Below are positions 50,601 to 59,911 of a DNA stretch of 64,000 bases, piece by piece. Origin of the DNA: Candidatus Altimarinota bacterium. Lineage in GTDB: Bacteria; Patescibacteriota; Gracilibacteria; UBA4473. The notes under the pieces are model-generated. The model was not told where the DNA came from. It did no database searches and was given only the letters and a program-made list of their open reading frames with translations. The stretch is taken from positions 992,001 to 1,056,000 of the forward strand of contig OZ246423.1 in assembly GCA_965231215.1 (NCBI GenBank), read 5' to 3'. The position numbers were made by a program, and so were the translations under genes. Every line of letters starts with the position of its first letter. The stretch's first letter is position 1.

Positions 50601-50882
50601 AAAGTTATTGCCCTAAAACTAGCGCTTAAAGAAGCCAACATGTCAGCTGTACGTGTGCATAAACTCTCACACAAAGCCTTTGAAATTACTCTCCGGATGG
50701 GGAAAAAATTCCAACCAGACCAGCTCTTTAATCTCATCGGGAAATCTACTAAAAAGTGGGTCATTACGGCCAATGCGATTAAACTCAACCTCGATAAACT
50801 ACCGGTTACTTGGTACCAAGAGTTACTGGCCGATAGTAAATTACTGATACCGCCAAAGGGGGTGAAGAAAAAAAAGGATTAG
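47679..50882 (+). CDS. mfd: Transcription-repair coupling factor
   Basis: VVHLDHGIAQFEG (RID), MDRLVCGDVGFGKTE, DEEQRFGV, TATPIPRTL, QLRGRVGR, DLEIRGAG. Confidence 0.97.
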   Translation: MSVIEKIKNLPFNLDLSEPLKYLEDHKNLTLVNVGNTAAKSFLIAEMLRHTPFKNIFWASTDERMDDLYPSAFLWFGHSIVKIPSEFSYAKFYQLLKALESKEQNLFLFEDFAAYLEHKFPTKKELEDSKIVLKKGESIKIYELFERLEKQGYRPAEDDLLNPGEFLRKGESFFLYPINAFACLRITLFGDEIEDIEVYPQTTDKEKTKSESLKLCEIFPADFKDNSQHGSFLEWLGEDEGNLFIADDLEKDICGERNFHKVKFTTFPENTEKFFHLNFFSVLPFYTIPDFVVELKERLRREFSVVILTKKFTEIHNVFKEYEVMHTEDLNQRAPSTVHIVKLGKEDFMPHSFQNNEKKLLLLTDREIFQFKRTSRQKKAISGMNFDLINSLKPSDFVVHLDHGIAQFEGIVRRQVQEGMREYLKLKYAGSDKLFVPVESAEKVSKFVGNDDPRLTKLGGAEWQTLQRKIKAETEKVAKELLKIYAARELARGNKFTPNDDMMDDFCAGFPYELTPGQRQAWEDVRMDMEHKKPMDRLVCGDVGFGKTEIAMRAAFKAFRSGYQCALLAPITILAEQHYQSFIKRIVGKNYGVRVELMSRFQSVAEQKKILKDLEFGLVDIVIGTHRLLSEDVKFKNLGLLVIDEEQRFGVKQKERLKGLRSDVDILTLTATPIPRTLHMGLNKLKDVSTITTPPPGRLPVVTEVRKYNLNLIAERIMFEKERGGQVYFLHNEVRTIESLKQQLESLMPSINFIVAHGQLTPQELENRIRKFKDGNVDVLIASTIIENGIDLPNANTLLVNKAEKFGLSQLYQLRGRVGRGRTQAYAYFLYQGQKLEIDARKRLRAIVEASELGAGFQIAMKDLEIRGAGEILGANQSGAMKDTGVSHFVRMLNKTVEEMKSGAIASEVEEEENVTVEIPLSAYIPPHFIPNADEKIQVYQELASSENETHLEDIKKDLKEDYGVLPIEVENLCKVIALKLALKEANMSAVRVHKLSHKAFEITLRMGKKFQPDQLFNLIGKSTKKWVITANAIKLNLDKLPVTWYQELLADSKLLIPPKGVKKKKD

Positions 50883-50964
50883 CTTATATTCGTATGCCAT
50901 CCTCCGAATAGAGGATATTCTGAATTTTAGTGATGAGATTCTCTTCAAGCGAGAATGACGTTTT

Positions 50965-51951
50965 TTATTTCTTTTGTAAAAGACTGAAATCTCCTTCAGG
51001 ATTATTGAGTAGGCATCTGACTCTATCTCCAAATTTTCTAAATCGTGGTATCATCCAACTTTTAACGACAATATAGCCTCCTGAATGAGTGAGCTTAAAG
51101 AGTTCTTCTGGAGCACTGCCTTGTGGAGATTGATCAGATTCAGCAAACGTTAAATCATAAGTTTCGTAATCTATTTCCTCTGGCACATTTTCTCCAATAA
51201 ACCAATTTACAAGACGAGTAGTCTTATTTCCCCTAGTGGCAAACTCCCATTGATCGGTTTTATTGGCACTCTGAGTCCAAAATTGATCCCAAGGTGTTAT
51301 TTTTTCTGGGTTTTGTATTCCAAAACCTTTTAATTTTTCTAACACGCCTTTTTCATAAAACTTATTACCCTCGGGGTTGCTATTATTACCTTTATAGTCG
51401 CAATCAACATAATCCCAATTTCCTAAAGTTGGTGGATTTCTAAATTCCTCTTCGGTACCGTTACATATCATCCGAAAAGTTGGTGAACCTGTCGCTGAAA
51501 ATAAAAAAATACCTTTAAAGTCTTCTCCCAAGTGCTCACAGAGTTTTTGAAAAAAGCGGGATTCACATTTTCTAAAGCCACTGTATAGAGCTTCTTCAAT
51601 TACGTCAGTAAGTGACTTTCTAAAATGCATTCTCAATTTAGTTTGTTGGAGTGAAAATTCATCTCTGTAAGCTGTACGACCAAAAAAATTACGAACTACA
51701 TATTGATTTCCATTAAAGCCTTCAGGAATATTTTGGTAGTCATATCGTTTTTTGACTGCAAACCCTAAATTATCAAAAACTTTACCAACCACATCATCAG
51801 GCGAGATACCTGTCTTTTGCCAATCTTTGATTTGTCTTTTTATAGGCCCTAAAAGCTCTTGTCTTACTTTAGAGTAACGTTTTTCGGCACTAATTAAGTT
51901 GCTGTAATCTGTACCTAGAAAATCAAGGAAGGAATCAATTTTAAACGGCAT
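50965..51951 (-). CDS. Hypothetical protein
   Basis: 328-aa ORF with no recognised motif. Confidence 0.75.
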   Translation of the reverse strand: MPFKIDSFLDFLGTDYSNLISAEKRYSKVRQELLGPIKRQIKDWQKTGISPDDVVGKVFDNLGFAVKKRYDYQNIPEGFNGNQYVVRNFFGRTAYRDEFSLQQTKLRMHFRKSLTDVIEEALYSGFRKCESRFFQKLCEHLGEDFKGIFLFSATGSPTFRMICNGTEEEFRNPPTLGNWDYVDCDYKGNNSNPEGNKFYEKGVLEKLKGFGIQNPEKITPWDQFWTQSANKTDQWEFATRGNKTTRLVNWFIGENVPEEIDYETYDLTFAESDQSPQGSAPEELFKLTHSGGYIVVKSWMIPRFRKFGDRVRCLLNNPEGDFSLLQKK

Positions 51952-52012
51952 TTAAACCTTGTCTAAATTCTTTTCTTATGTTAAAATAATAAAAATAAAA
52001 TTAAAGTCAAAT

Positions 52013-54415
52013 ATGCTGTGGCTCCTCAAGAAATTGCAAGTAAGTGAATTTGAAGCTCCAAGGGTCTCGTTTCTCTGGAGCTTGAGATTTTTGTACCAAG
52101 TGGGATTTATCTTTGCGTGGACGGTGATTACAGCCATTTTCCTAGAAATGGTAGGGATTCAGAATGTGCTGTATTTATTTTTGATTGATGCCTGGATTAT
52201 GCTGCTGGGGAGTTATGCAGCGCACTTTTTGTTTCTCAGAATTCCGGCTAATAACTTTATTGTAATAAATATTTTAGGCTGTTTAGGCTGTTTGGCTTTA
52301 GCTGCATTTTTCCGTGAAAATATCGTCTTATTCTTTTTCTTTGCGATTGTGTGTAAAGATTTTTTCTTTGGGCAGCTCAATATTGGTTTGTACCGAAAAA
52401 ATGAATCTATGCTGTCCCCGACAGAAGCCGAAAGACTGATGCCTATTATTGATTCAGCCATTACTATTGCGACAGTATTAGCCGCGTTTTTATTCTTGGT
52501 ATTGCTAGAGTTCTTCCCAACTAAAATACTCCTTTTCTTCTGGGTTATGCCCTTGGTTTTGATGCTGGGATTGGTCACCTTTGGAGATAAAATTCTAAAA
52601 GAAGTACCAAAACTTATTCCAAGACAAAATGAAGGAGAGCATAAAAACAGTTTAGATGAAGCTATGCAGGCGGTTAAGAATGTACCATTTTTAAGATATC
52701 TTTCTGTCGTGGTATGTGCTCAAGCGGCTTTATTTACTATTGCAGAGTTTGAGTTCTTGGCTTACATCAAAGAAAAAGCCACTAAGTCAGAAATGCATTT
52801 TGATCCGCATATGTTGCAGGCCAACCTATTGCATGAGGCTCTTCCAGCACAAATGACAGGCGTTATAGATGGTATGTCTTCTAAGTACTTTATGCAGACG
52901 AGTATTGCGACAGAGCTTGGGGTTTTAGCCCTTATATTTGGACTTATAGCACTGATTGTTCAGGCGGTTTTAGCTCACAAAATTTTAGAACGCATCGGCG
53001 TGATTAAATCGATGATGGTCTTCCTCGGAGGGATGTTAGCGATGGTAGCTACCTTCGTGGCTGGAGGCATTAATATGAAATTTGTTCGAGGGTATCAACA
53101 CGGGTTTGAATCACTTTTTGATTGTGGATATCATATGACTTTTTACTCAGTATTTTCACATAGACGAGAATCTATCCGTCATTTCTTTGAAGGGTTTGTG
53201 CGCCCTGGGGGAATGATTATTGGGGTAGGCGCGATGGTGGCGGCTCAGTTTTTTATAGCTGAACCAGCGGGATTATTGATGTGCGCGATAACGGTCATTC
53301 TGATTGCATTGATGATACCTATGAAAAAGCACTATACCGCGCTTTCTCATTCTAACCTGAAGTCCAAACAAGATATTGCTGCCAAAATGCACTCTATTGA
53401 GATTCTCAGTCAAAAAGGGCATCACCAGGCAGTTGAAATCTTGGGTACAGAGCTTTTGGATAAAACACTTAATCCAGTTATTCGTGAAAAAATCATTGTG
53501 GCTTCCACCCGAATGAATCGTCCCGAGATTATTCATGCCTACCTCAAGATTTTGGGAGACAAGAAAGAAGCTGAAGAACTCAAGATTCAGGTTTTAGAGT
53601 CCTCACTTCAACTTTGTTGCATCTGTGAATACTGGCAAAAGCATGTTTTTGCTCAGTACCACTTTTTGGAAATTCTAAAACAACTTTTTGATCAAACCAA
53701 AAACAGCTATCTCAGAAAACTCATCACGATGAATATCTTTAAACACATGCCACAAGATAGAGTTGTAGAGTTCTTTTTGAAAGTTCTAGACGGAAAAGAT
53801 GAAGAACTTAAATCAGTGTGTTTTCGGTCAGCCGGAGAAATCTTTAAAGATCCAGAGTTGGTCTACTATATCCGTTCATATCTAGAGCAGGGGAGTAGTA
53901 AAATCCGAGGGTATGCCCTTATTGCTTTATGGAATTTTGAGGATCGAAACTATCTTCGCGAAGTCATTGATGGATTGCTCAAATCCAAAAATCCACAAGA
54001 CCGAATTTCGGCCGTATACGCTATTGGAGAAGTTCGAGATCGCCAGAGAGAGATTGAAGTATTGAATATGTTTGACGATATAGATGATGAAGTACATTTA
54101 CACGTACTCATTGCCCTGGCCAAGCTTGGGAATACGGCTTGTGTGCCAGCCCTTTTGGATATTCTTTTTGGAGAAGATTATCAGTTAGCGCGTAAAACCT
54201 TCTTTATGCTTAAACGAGCTCCAGAAATCGCGGCCTTCCTAAGGCGTGAAATACAGTTTGAAGTAGCGAGCAGAGTGATGCAGATTTTAGTGAAAAAACA
54301 GATTGAATCTGCAGAACATATTGCGTTGCTTCCAAAGGAGACTCGGACTTATCTTGGACGGCTTTATCGACTGGCTGAACAGTATGATGAAATCCTTGTT
54401 TTAGAAAGCAATTAA
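52013..54415 (+). CDS. MFS-fold Npt/TLC-like (COG3202-type) transporter fused to HEAT-like repeats
   Basis: About 11-12 TM segments with LSPTEAERLMPII; C-terminal helical repeats (RISAVYAIGEV, LIALAKLG). Confidence 0.7.
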   Translation: MLWLLKKLQVSEFEAPRVSFLWSLRFLYQVGFIFAWTVITAIFLEMVGIQNVLYLFLIDAWIMLLGSYAAHFLFLRIPANNFIVINILGCLGCLALAAFFRENIVLFFFFAIVCKDFFFGQLNIGLYRKNESMLSPTEAERLMPIIDSAITIATVLAAFLFLVLLEFFPTKILLFFWVMPLVLMLGLVTFGDKILKEVPKLIPRQNEGEHKNSLDEAMQAVKNVPFLRYLSVVVCAQAALFTIAEFEFLAYIKEKATKSEMHFDPHMLQANLLHEALPAQMTGVIDGMSSKYFMQTSIATELGVLALIFGLIALIVQAVLAHKILERIGVIKSMMVFLGGMLAMVATFVAGGINMKFVRGYQHGFESLFDCGYHMTFYSVFSHRRESIRHFFEGFVRPGGMIIGVGAMVAAQFFIAEPAGLLMCAITVILIALMIPMKKHYTALSHSNLKSKQDIAAKMHSIEILSQKGHHQAVEILGTELLDKTLNPVIREKIIVASTRMNRPEIIHAYLKILGDKKEAEELKIQVLESSLQLCCICEYWQKHVFAQYHFLEILKQLFDQTKNSYLRKLITMNIFKHMPQDRVVEFFLKVLDGKDEELKSVCFRSAGEIFKDPELVYYIRSYLEQGSSKIRGYALIALWNFEDRNYLREVIDGLLKSKNPQDRISAVYAIGEVRDRQREIEVLNMFDDIDDEVHLHVLIALAKLGNTACVPALLDILFGEDYQLARKTFFMLKRAPEIAAFLRREIQFEVASRVMQILVKKQIESAEHIALLPKETRTYLGRLYRLAEQYDEILVLESN

Positions 54416-54534
54416 GCAGGATTTGATTTATTTTTTTGATAAGATCAATCGCAAAGTCTTTTTGAAAAATTTTTCTCAAAAATTTTAGCAGACAAATAAA
54501 TTCAGTACTTTTTTAAAAAAAATCGTTTCTTCAT

Positions 54535-54562
54535 TTGACATTTGTAGTGGATTTACCAGAAT
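54535..54562 (+). promoter_or_regulatory. Putative promoter of the V/A-ATPase operon
   Basis: TTGACA-16 bp-CAGAAT. Confidence 0.5.
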
Positions 54563-54586
54563 TCGCGAGATTAAACAATATTGCCA

Positions 54587-54919
54587 ATGTCAAACGCCAA
54601 AAACGACGATTTTTTACAACAAATTCTTGAGGCAGAAACTCAAGCAAAACGCGACACAGCGAAAGCTCAAAAAGCGCAAGGAGCGGAACTAGCTAATTAT
54701 GAAAAAAAACTTGAAGCTAAAAACGCTGATGTTTTAGACACACAAAGAGAAAAAGCTCGAGAACAAATCAAAGATCGTCAGGCTTTGGCCAAGAAGAATT
54801 ACGAGAAAATGATCATTGAGGGAAAACGAGAAGCCGAAACACTAGAAAAAGAACTAGAGGGGAAAATCGAAAAGCAAATGCCTCTCGCTCAAAGTTACCT
54901 TGTAACAGAGCTGCTTTAA
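54587..54919 (+). CDS. V/A-type ATPase subunit G/H (peripheral stalk)
   Basis: Charged coiled coil LQQILEAETQA; first gene of the operon. Confidence 0.75.
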   Translation: MSNAKNDDFLQQILEAETQAKRDTAKAQKAQGAELANYEKKLEAKNADVLDTQREKAREQIKDRQALAKKNYEKMIIEGKREAETLEKELEGKIEKQMPLAQSYLVTELL

Positions 54920-54945
54920 CAAATTAAAAATTTTAGAAGCTTTTG

Positions 54946-54978
54946 AAATTAGCCCATTAGCAAACTAGCACATTATTA
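54946..54978 (+). repeat. 16-bp-period tandem repeat (aaattagcccatta / aaactagcacatta) before subunit I
   Basis: Read directly; matches 58509-58546. Confidence 0.8.
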
Positions 54979-54984
54979 ACCTTC

Positions 54985-56988
54985 ATGAAATCTGACCTCA
55001 AACGCATTCGAATCACCGGATTCCGAAAACACTATAAAATTCTTATGCAAGAACTCCACCGCAGTGGAATAGTTCAGATTGATGAAAGTCCAGAATTTGT
55101 ACAAAAATCAGTAACCAAAGACGTGGATGATCATTTTGGAGTGTTTGATTTGGCACGAACTCAGTTTGCGATTGATTTCCTGTCTCCATTTGCGCCAGCT
55201 AAAAAGAAGTTAGACAATATACTTTCTGGAGGGAAATTAGTCCTTAGAGAGAAAGAGGCAAAAGAAAGACTTAAAAACTTTGGAACTCAAGCACACAAAA
55301 TTATTGAAGAGTGTGAAACCCTCGAGGCGGATCTAGTAAAGAGCAAAAATGAATTGGTTCAAATTCCAATGCAATTAGAATTAGCCAAAAATCTACACCA
55401 TTTCAAATCTGGGGTAAGCGAAAGCTACGAAACAGACCAGACTCAAACCTGGATTGGGAAAGTGCCAGTCACGAGCCAAAAATCGTTTTTAGAAATTATC
55501 GCTGCAGAATCTAATCTCTTAGATGTGCAAGTTTTGGGAAAAGACAAAAAATTTGTATATGTACGCATTACGGCGCTTAAAGAACTAATGGAATTTATCA
55601 GCCAGAAACTTCAAGAATATCAATTTGAAGCGCTGAGTCTGACCGATATCTTTGATGGATTTGAAGGAAATTCAATCTCAGAAATCAAATACGAACTAGA
55701 AAAGAAAGAAAAAAGACTCGTTAGCGATATAGCTTCATTTGAAGCTCAAATTAGTAAATTGGCCGAACATCACGATGATCTTAAAATTTTGTTTGAATAC
55801 AATCAGTGGCGGAAAACCAAAAATGACCTACAACAAAAAATCTTCATCTCAGAGCAGACCTTTGCCTTTGAAGGATGGATCATCGCCAGTGGATTTGAAA
55901 AATGTAAAACCTGGGTAAAAAACGCTTTTGTTGGAGAAGTCATAATTGAAGCAATTGAGATTGAAGAAGGCCAAGAAATGCCAGTACTTTTGAGCAACAA
56001 ACTAACCCTAAACTCATTTGAGCCAGTAACAGAAATGTACGGACTACCTCAAGCCAAAGAGTTTGATCCAACGCCCTTCTTTGCGCCCTTCTTCCTGATC
56101 TTTTTTGGGTTGTGTCTTTCTGATGTGGGATACGGATCAATTTTAGCCGGGATCGCTGCTGTGTTCTTGGTATTTGGTCAGTTCTCAAGTGCTGCAAAAG
56201 TGACGTTGCGATTACTCCTTTACTGTGGAATGGCCGCCATTGTTGGGGGAATTTTACTGGGAGGATATTTTGGAATCACTCCAGAACAAATGCCATTCCT
56301 GGTAAATCCAGAAACCGGCAAGTTCTACGGACAAATGATTAACCCAACAGAAGGATCTGGACCTATTACATTCCTCATTATTTCGCTCGCCTTGGGGGCT
56401 ATTCAACTGCTGTTTGGGATGCTTATTGCTTTTGCTCAGCAGATCAAAAACAAAGACTACGATGGAGCGTTCTTTGACACGGCAGCTTGGATATTTGCGC
56501 TGTCTACCATCGGACTTTTTGGACTCTCAGAGATGATTGGATTTGATCAGACTACTGCCAAATACCTAGCGATTACTGGAGCTGTTGGGCTCGTATTGAC
56601 TCAAGGACGACAGCAAAAAAACTGGCTTCTAAAACCCGTATTCGGTCTACTTGGACTCTACAACATTACTAACTACCTTTCTGACCTTTTGAGTTACTCT
56701 CGTATTATGGCTCTGGGGTTGGCTACCGGCGTCGTAGGATTTGCGATGAATCTAACCGCGGGAATCTTTGGGGAAATGATGCCAAACCCAATTTTGGGGA
56801 TTGTGATAGCAACCTTTGTAGTTCTCTTTGGACATTTCCTTAATTTCTCACTTTCGCTACTTGGAGCCTTCATTCACTCAGGGCGTCTTCAATTTATTGA
56901 GTTCTTTGGGAAGTTCTACGAAGGAGGGGGAAGCAAGTTTAATCCTTTTGTACGACAATCTAAATACCTCTTCCTTAAAGGAGAATAG
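54985..56988 (+). CDS. ntpI: V/A-type ATPase subunit I (a)
   Basis: MYGLP..EFDPT, DVGYG, LSYSRIMALGLA (essential Arg), HSGRLQFIEFFGKFYEGGG. Confidence 0.96.
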   Translation: MKSDLKRIRITGFRKHYKILMQELHRSGIVQIDESPEFVQKSVTKDVDDHFGVFDLARTQFAIDFLSPFAPAKKKLDNILSGGKLVLREKEAKERLKNFGTQAHKIIEECETLEADLVKSKNELVQIPMQLELAKNLHHFKSGVSESYETDQTQTWIGKVPVTSQKSFLEIIAAESNLLDVQVLGKDKKFVYVRITALKELMEFISQKLQEYQFEALSLTDIFDGFEGNSISEIKYELEKKEKRLVSDIASFEAQISKLAEHHDDLKILFEYNQWRKTKNDLQQKIFISEQTFAFEGWIIASGFEKCKTWVKNAFVGEVIIEAIEIEEGQEMPVLLSNKLTLNSFEPVTEMYGLPQAKEFDPTPFFAPFFLIFFGLCLSDVGYGSILAGIAAVFLVFGQFSSAAKVTLRLLLYCGMAAIVGGILLGGYFGITPEQMPFLVNPETGKFYGQMINPTEGSGPITFLIISLALGAIQLLFGMLIAFAQQIKNKDYDGAFFDTAAWIFALSTIGLFGLSEMIGFDQTTAKYLAITGAVGLVLTQGRQQKNWLLKPVFGLLGLYNITNYLSDLLSYSRIMALGLATGVVGFAMNLTAGIFGEMMPNPILGIVIATFVVLFGHFLNFSLSLLGAFIHSGRLQFIEFFGKFYEGGGSKFNPFVRQSKYLFLKGE

Positions 56989-57029
56989 TATTATTGGAGC
57001 AATAAGATTCTCGGCTTAACTGAACAATA

Positions 57030-57090
57030 TCATTGCGAGGTCTCCAAATTTACGATTTAACACGAAGTAATCTCGTTTTATTTAAGATTC
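57030..57090. repeat. Degenerate REP-like remnant
   Basis: TCATTGCGAGG ... CGAAGTAATCTC ... AGATT resembles GTCATTGCGAG..CGAAGCAATCT palindromic repeats. Confidence 0.5.
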
Positions 57091-57252
57091 CTCTATATTT
57101 ATTTTTAGAAATATCGAAGCGGTGGTTTTAACTGTATGATTTTTTACTTAAATTTAATGGCTCAATAAGAGCCTGTAATTACAAAAACTTAGTCTACAAA
57201 AAAAATCCCTTTAAAGGCTTCATTTAATTATAATAAAAAAACACTTTTATAT

Positions 57253-57280
57253 TTGACATTCAGCCCCATTTTAAAAGAAT
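57253..57280 (+). promoter_or_regulatory. Putative internal promoter for subunit K
   Basis: TTGACA-16 bp-AAGAAT in the 336-bp I-K spacer. Confidence 0.45.
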
Positions 57281-57312
57281 AGCGCAGAAATTTTCTAACA
57301 CTAATTTTTTAA

Positions 57313-57786
<474 letters not shown>

Positions 57787-57827
57787 GCAATAATTGTTGC
57801 TTAATCCTTTAATTTTATTAAATACAC

Positions 57828-58382
57828 ATGTCTTTGCAGGATATTTTGAAAAAGATCGCTCTTAGCTCTCAAGCTGAAATTGAAAAAATTGAGGCCGAAA
57901 CGGCTCAACGTAAAGGGGAATTGGACAAGGCTTCAGAGGCTAAGGCTAAAGAACAAAAAGCTGAATTAGAAGCCAAAACTCAAGCCGCGCTTAAAGCCGT
58001 GGATGACAAAACCGCTTCTATGGCTAGGCGAGAAAACGCTCAGCTTTTGCTTAAAACCAAGCGGAAAATGCTTGATAAAGCTATGACTCAACTACTCCAA
58101 AGTTTAGAACAAGCTGATGACACACTTTATGAGGATATAACCAAAAAACTTATCGCTAAATTACCTTTTACAAAAGGCACTATGTATGTCCCAGAAGCAC
58201 GAGTAACACTCATGAAGTCTCTGGCTAAGGGGTTTGAAGTTCAAGCCCATAAATCACTCAAAGGTGGATTTATCGCGAGTGACGCTGGAGCTGAAGTAGA
58301 CAACTCTTTTGAAAATCTTGTATTCTCAGAATACGCTTCAGAGCTAGAAATGTTTCTTTCCGACCAACTAAAATTAGTGTAA
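57828..58382 (+). CDS. ntpE: V/A-type ATPase subunit E
   Basis: MSLQDILKKI coiled coil; GGFI...EVDNSFE. Confidence 0.9.
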   Translation: MSLQDILKKIALSSQAEIEKIEAETAQRKGELDKASEAKAKEQKAELEAKTQAALKAVDDKTASMARRENAQLLLKTKRKMLDKAMTQLLQSLEQADDTLYEDITKKLIAKLPFTKGTMYVPEARVTLMKSLAKGFEVQAHKSLKGGFIASDAGAEVDNSFENLVFSEYASELEMFLSDQLKLV

Positions 58383-58386
58383 AAAA

Positions 58387-58506
58387 TGCTGAAAAACGTC
58401 GAATTTCATCGTCAATCACAAAAATGTCCTCGGACGTGTATTAATTCTATACACTTACCTGCGGGATTTTTGTGTTTCCTTGAACTTCTCGTTTTTGAAC
58501 CTTTTT
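58387..58506. mobile_element. About 120-bp imperfect palindromic MITE/REP-like element
   Basis: Nested stems aaaaacg/cgttttt, gaatttca/tgaacttc, cacaaaaat/atttttgtg, gtgtat/atacac. Confidence 0.6.
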
Positions 58507-58508
58507 CT

Positions 58509-58546
58509 ATTAGCAAACTAGCACATTAAAAAACTAGCACATTATT
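58509..58546 (+). repeat. 16-bp-period tandem repeat (aaactagcacatta x2) before subunit C
   Basis: attagc-aaactagcacatta-aa-aaactagcacatta-tt-ATG. Confidence 0.85.
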
Positions 58547-59554
58547 ATGAGTGATCTTATTGGAATTTGTGGACAAGTACGAGGACTAGAACCTCGGCTT
58601 TTGGATAAAAATAGGCTCGACCGAATGGTAGGGGCAACAAATGCTGATGAAGCGTTTAAAGTTTTATCAGAACTACAATATGCTGAATACCTGGATCAAG
58701 AAACCACACTAGCTGATTTTGACCAAATCATTACACAAGGTCTTTTTGAAACCAAAGAAGTACTCAGTGCAGGCAGTAATGACCACCCAGGAATGCAGTT
58801 TTTGTGGCTTAAATTTGACATTAATAACTTAGCCCGAGCTCTTAAACAAAAACTCATTGAAGGTAAATCAAACCTTGAAAACTTTGCCGATGACAAAAGT
58901 TTCTCCTCTTTGGGAGACCTTACGGAAGCTGATATTCAGCGAATTGTATTTGAAAGAAAACCAAGTGGGCCACTTCCATTTCAGGTGTTAGAAGTCGTAA
59001 TGGAGGCAGAAAATACCTGGAACAAAACCAAAGAATTTAGAGATATTGAATTTGGTTTGGACCAGGCTTATTTTAATCACCTGAATTTACTGGTTACCGA
59101 ATCTGGAGATGATTTTTTAGCTGAATTCTTCGACTTTATGGTGAACCTAATTCAGGTTCGGAATGTCGCCCGCTGTGTACTGGTAATGAAAGAACCTATT
59201 CCAGAACACGGGCATTTGCCTTTCGGCCATTTCAATGCCGAAAAAGTAGCCAAGATCACCAACATCGATGATCTGGTAAAAATGGTGAAGCCAACGGAGT
59301 TTAACATCATTACGAAGCGTATTTTGGATCAAGATTCTCCAACTCAAAAAATGCTCAAAATTGAGCAAAACCTAGATGAACTTTATAACTACTTTTTGAG
59401 CAGTAGAGCCGTTGGTTCTATTGATGGCGTGGCTATACTACTCAATTATTTTGAGCAACGTTTGCAGAACGCTCGTCTGATTAAACTCGTTATGTATGGG
59501 AAAATGAATGGCCTTACTGCTGAGCAGATTTATGATTTAATTGAAAATAACTAA
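58547..59554 (+). CDS. ntpC: V/A-type ATPase subunit C (d)
   Basis: VRGLEPRLLD...LDRM; LDQAYF; IKLVMYGKMNGL..EQI. Confidence 0.9.
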   Translation: MSDLIGICGQVRGLEPRLLDKNRLDRMVGATNADEAFKVLSELQYAEYLDQETTLADFDQIITQGLFETKEVLSAGSNDHPGMQFLWLKFDINNLARALKQKLIEGKSNLENFADDKSFSSLGDLTEADIQRIVFERKPSGPLPFQVLEVVMEAENTWNKTKEFRDIEFGLDQAYFNHLNLLVTESGDDFLAEFFDFMVNLIQVRNVARCVLVMKEPIPEHGHLPFGHFNAEKVAKITNIDDLVKMVKPTEFNIITKRILDQDSPTQKMLKIEQNLDELYNYFLSSRAVGSIDGVAILLNYFEQRLQNARLIKLVMYGKMNGLTAEQIYDLIENN

Positions 59555-59910
59555 TGACAGATCAAACTTTCCGATTCGCGGTAGTAGGAAACCTTAGCTC
59601 TGTACTAATCTACAAAGCTATCGGAGCCGAAACATATGCTGTGAGCCAAGTAGACACAGCCAAAGCTAAGGCCGAAGAACTCTTCAGAGCCGATCGTGGA
59701 GACGAAGCCAAAACAGCTCAATACGCCGTGGTTTTTGTGGAAGAAGAGTACTACAAAGAATTTCCAGATGATCTGGTTGAGAAATTTACCAAAAAACCGC
59801 TTCCAGCGGTTATTCCAGTACCATCACCAAATTCAGGAGACGATAACTTTGCCGGGAACCGACTCCGAAAAATCGTAGAACGAGCGGTTGGTTCAGATAT
59901 TTTGGGTTAG
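59554..59910 (+). CDS. V/A-type ATPase subunit F
   Basis: AVVGN..SVLIYKAIG; YAVVFVEE; LPAVIPVP; LRKIVERAVGSDI. Confidence 0.92.
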   Translation: MTDQTFRFAVVGNLSSVLIYKAIGAETYAVSQVDTAKAKAEELFRADRGDEAKTAQYAVVFVEEEYYKEFPDDLVEKFTKKPLPAVIPVPSPNSGDDNFAGNRLRKIVERAVGSDILG

Positions 59911-59911
59911 G

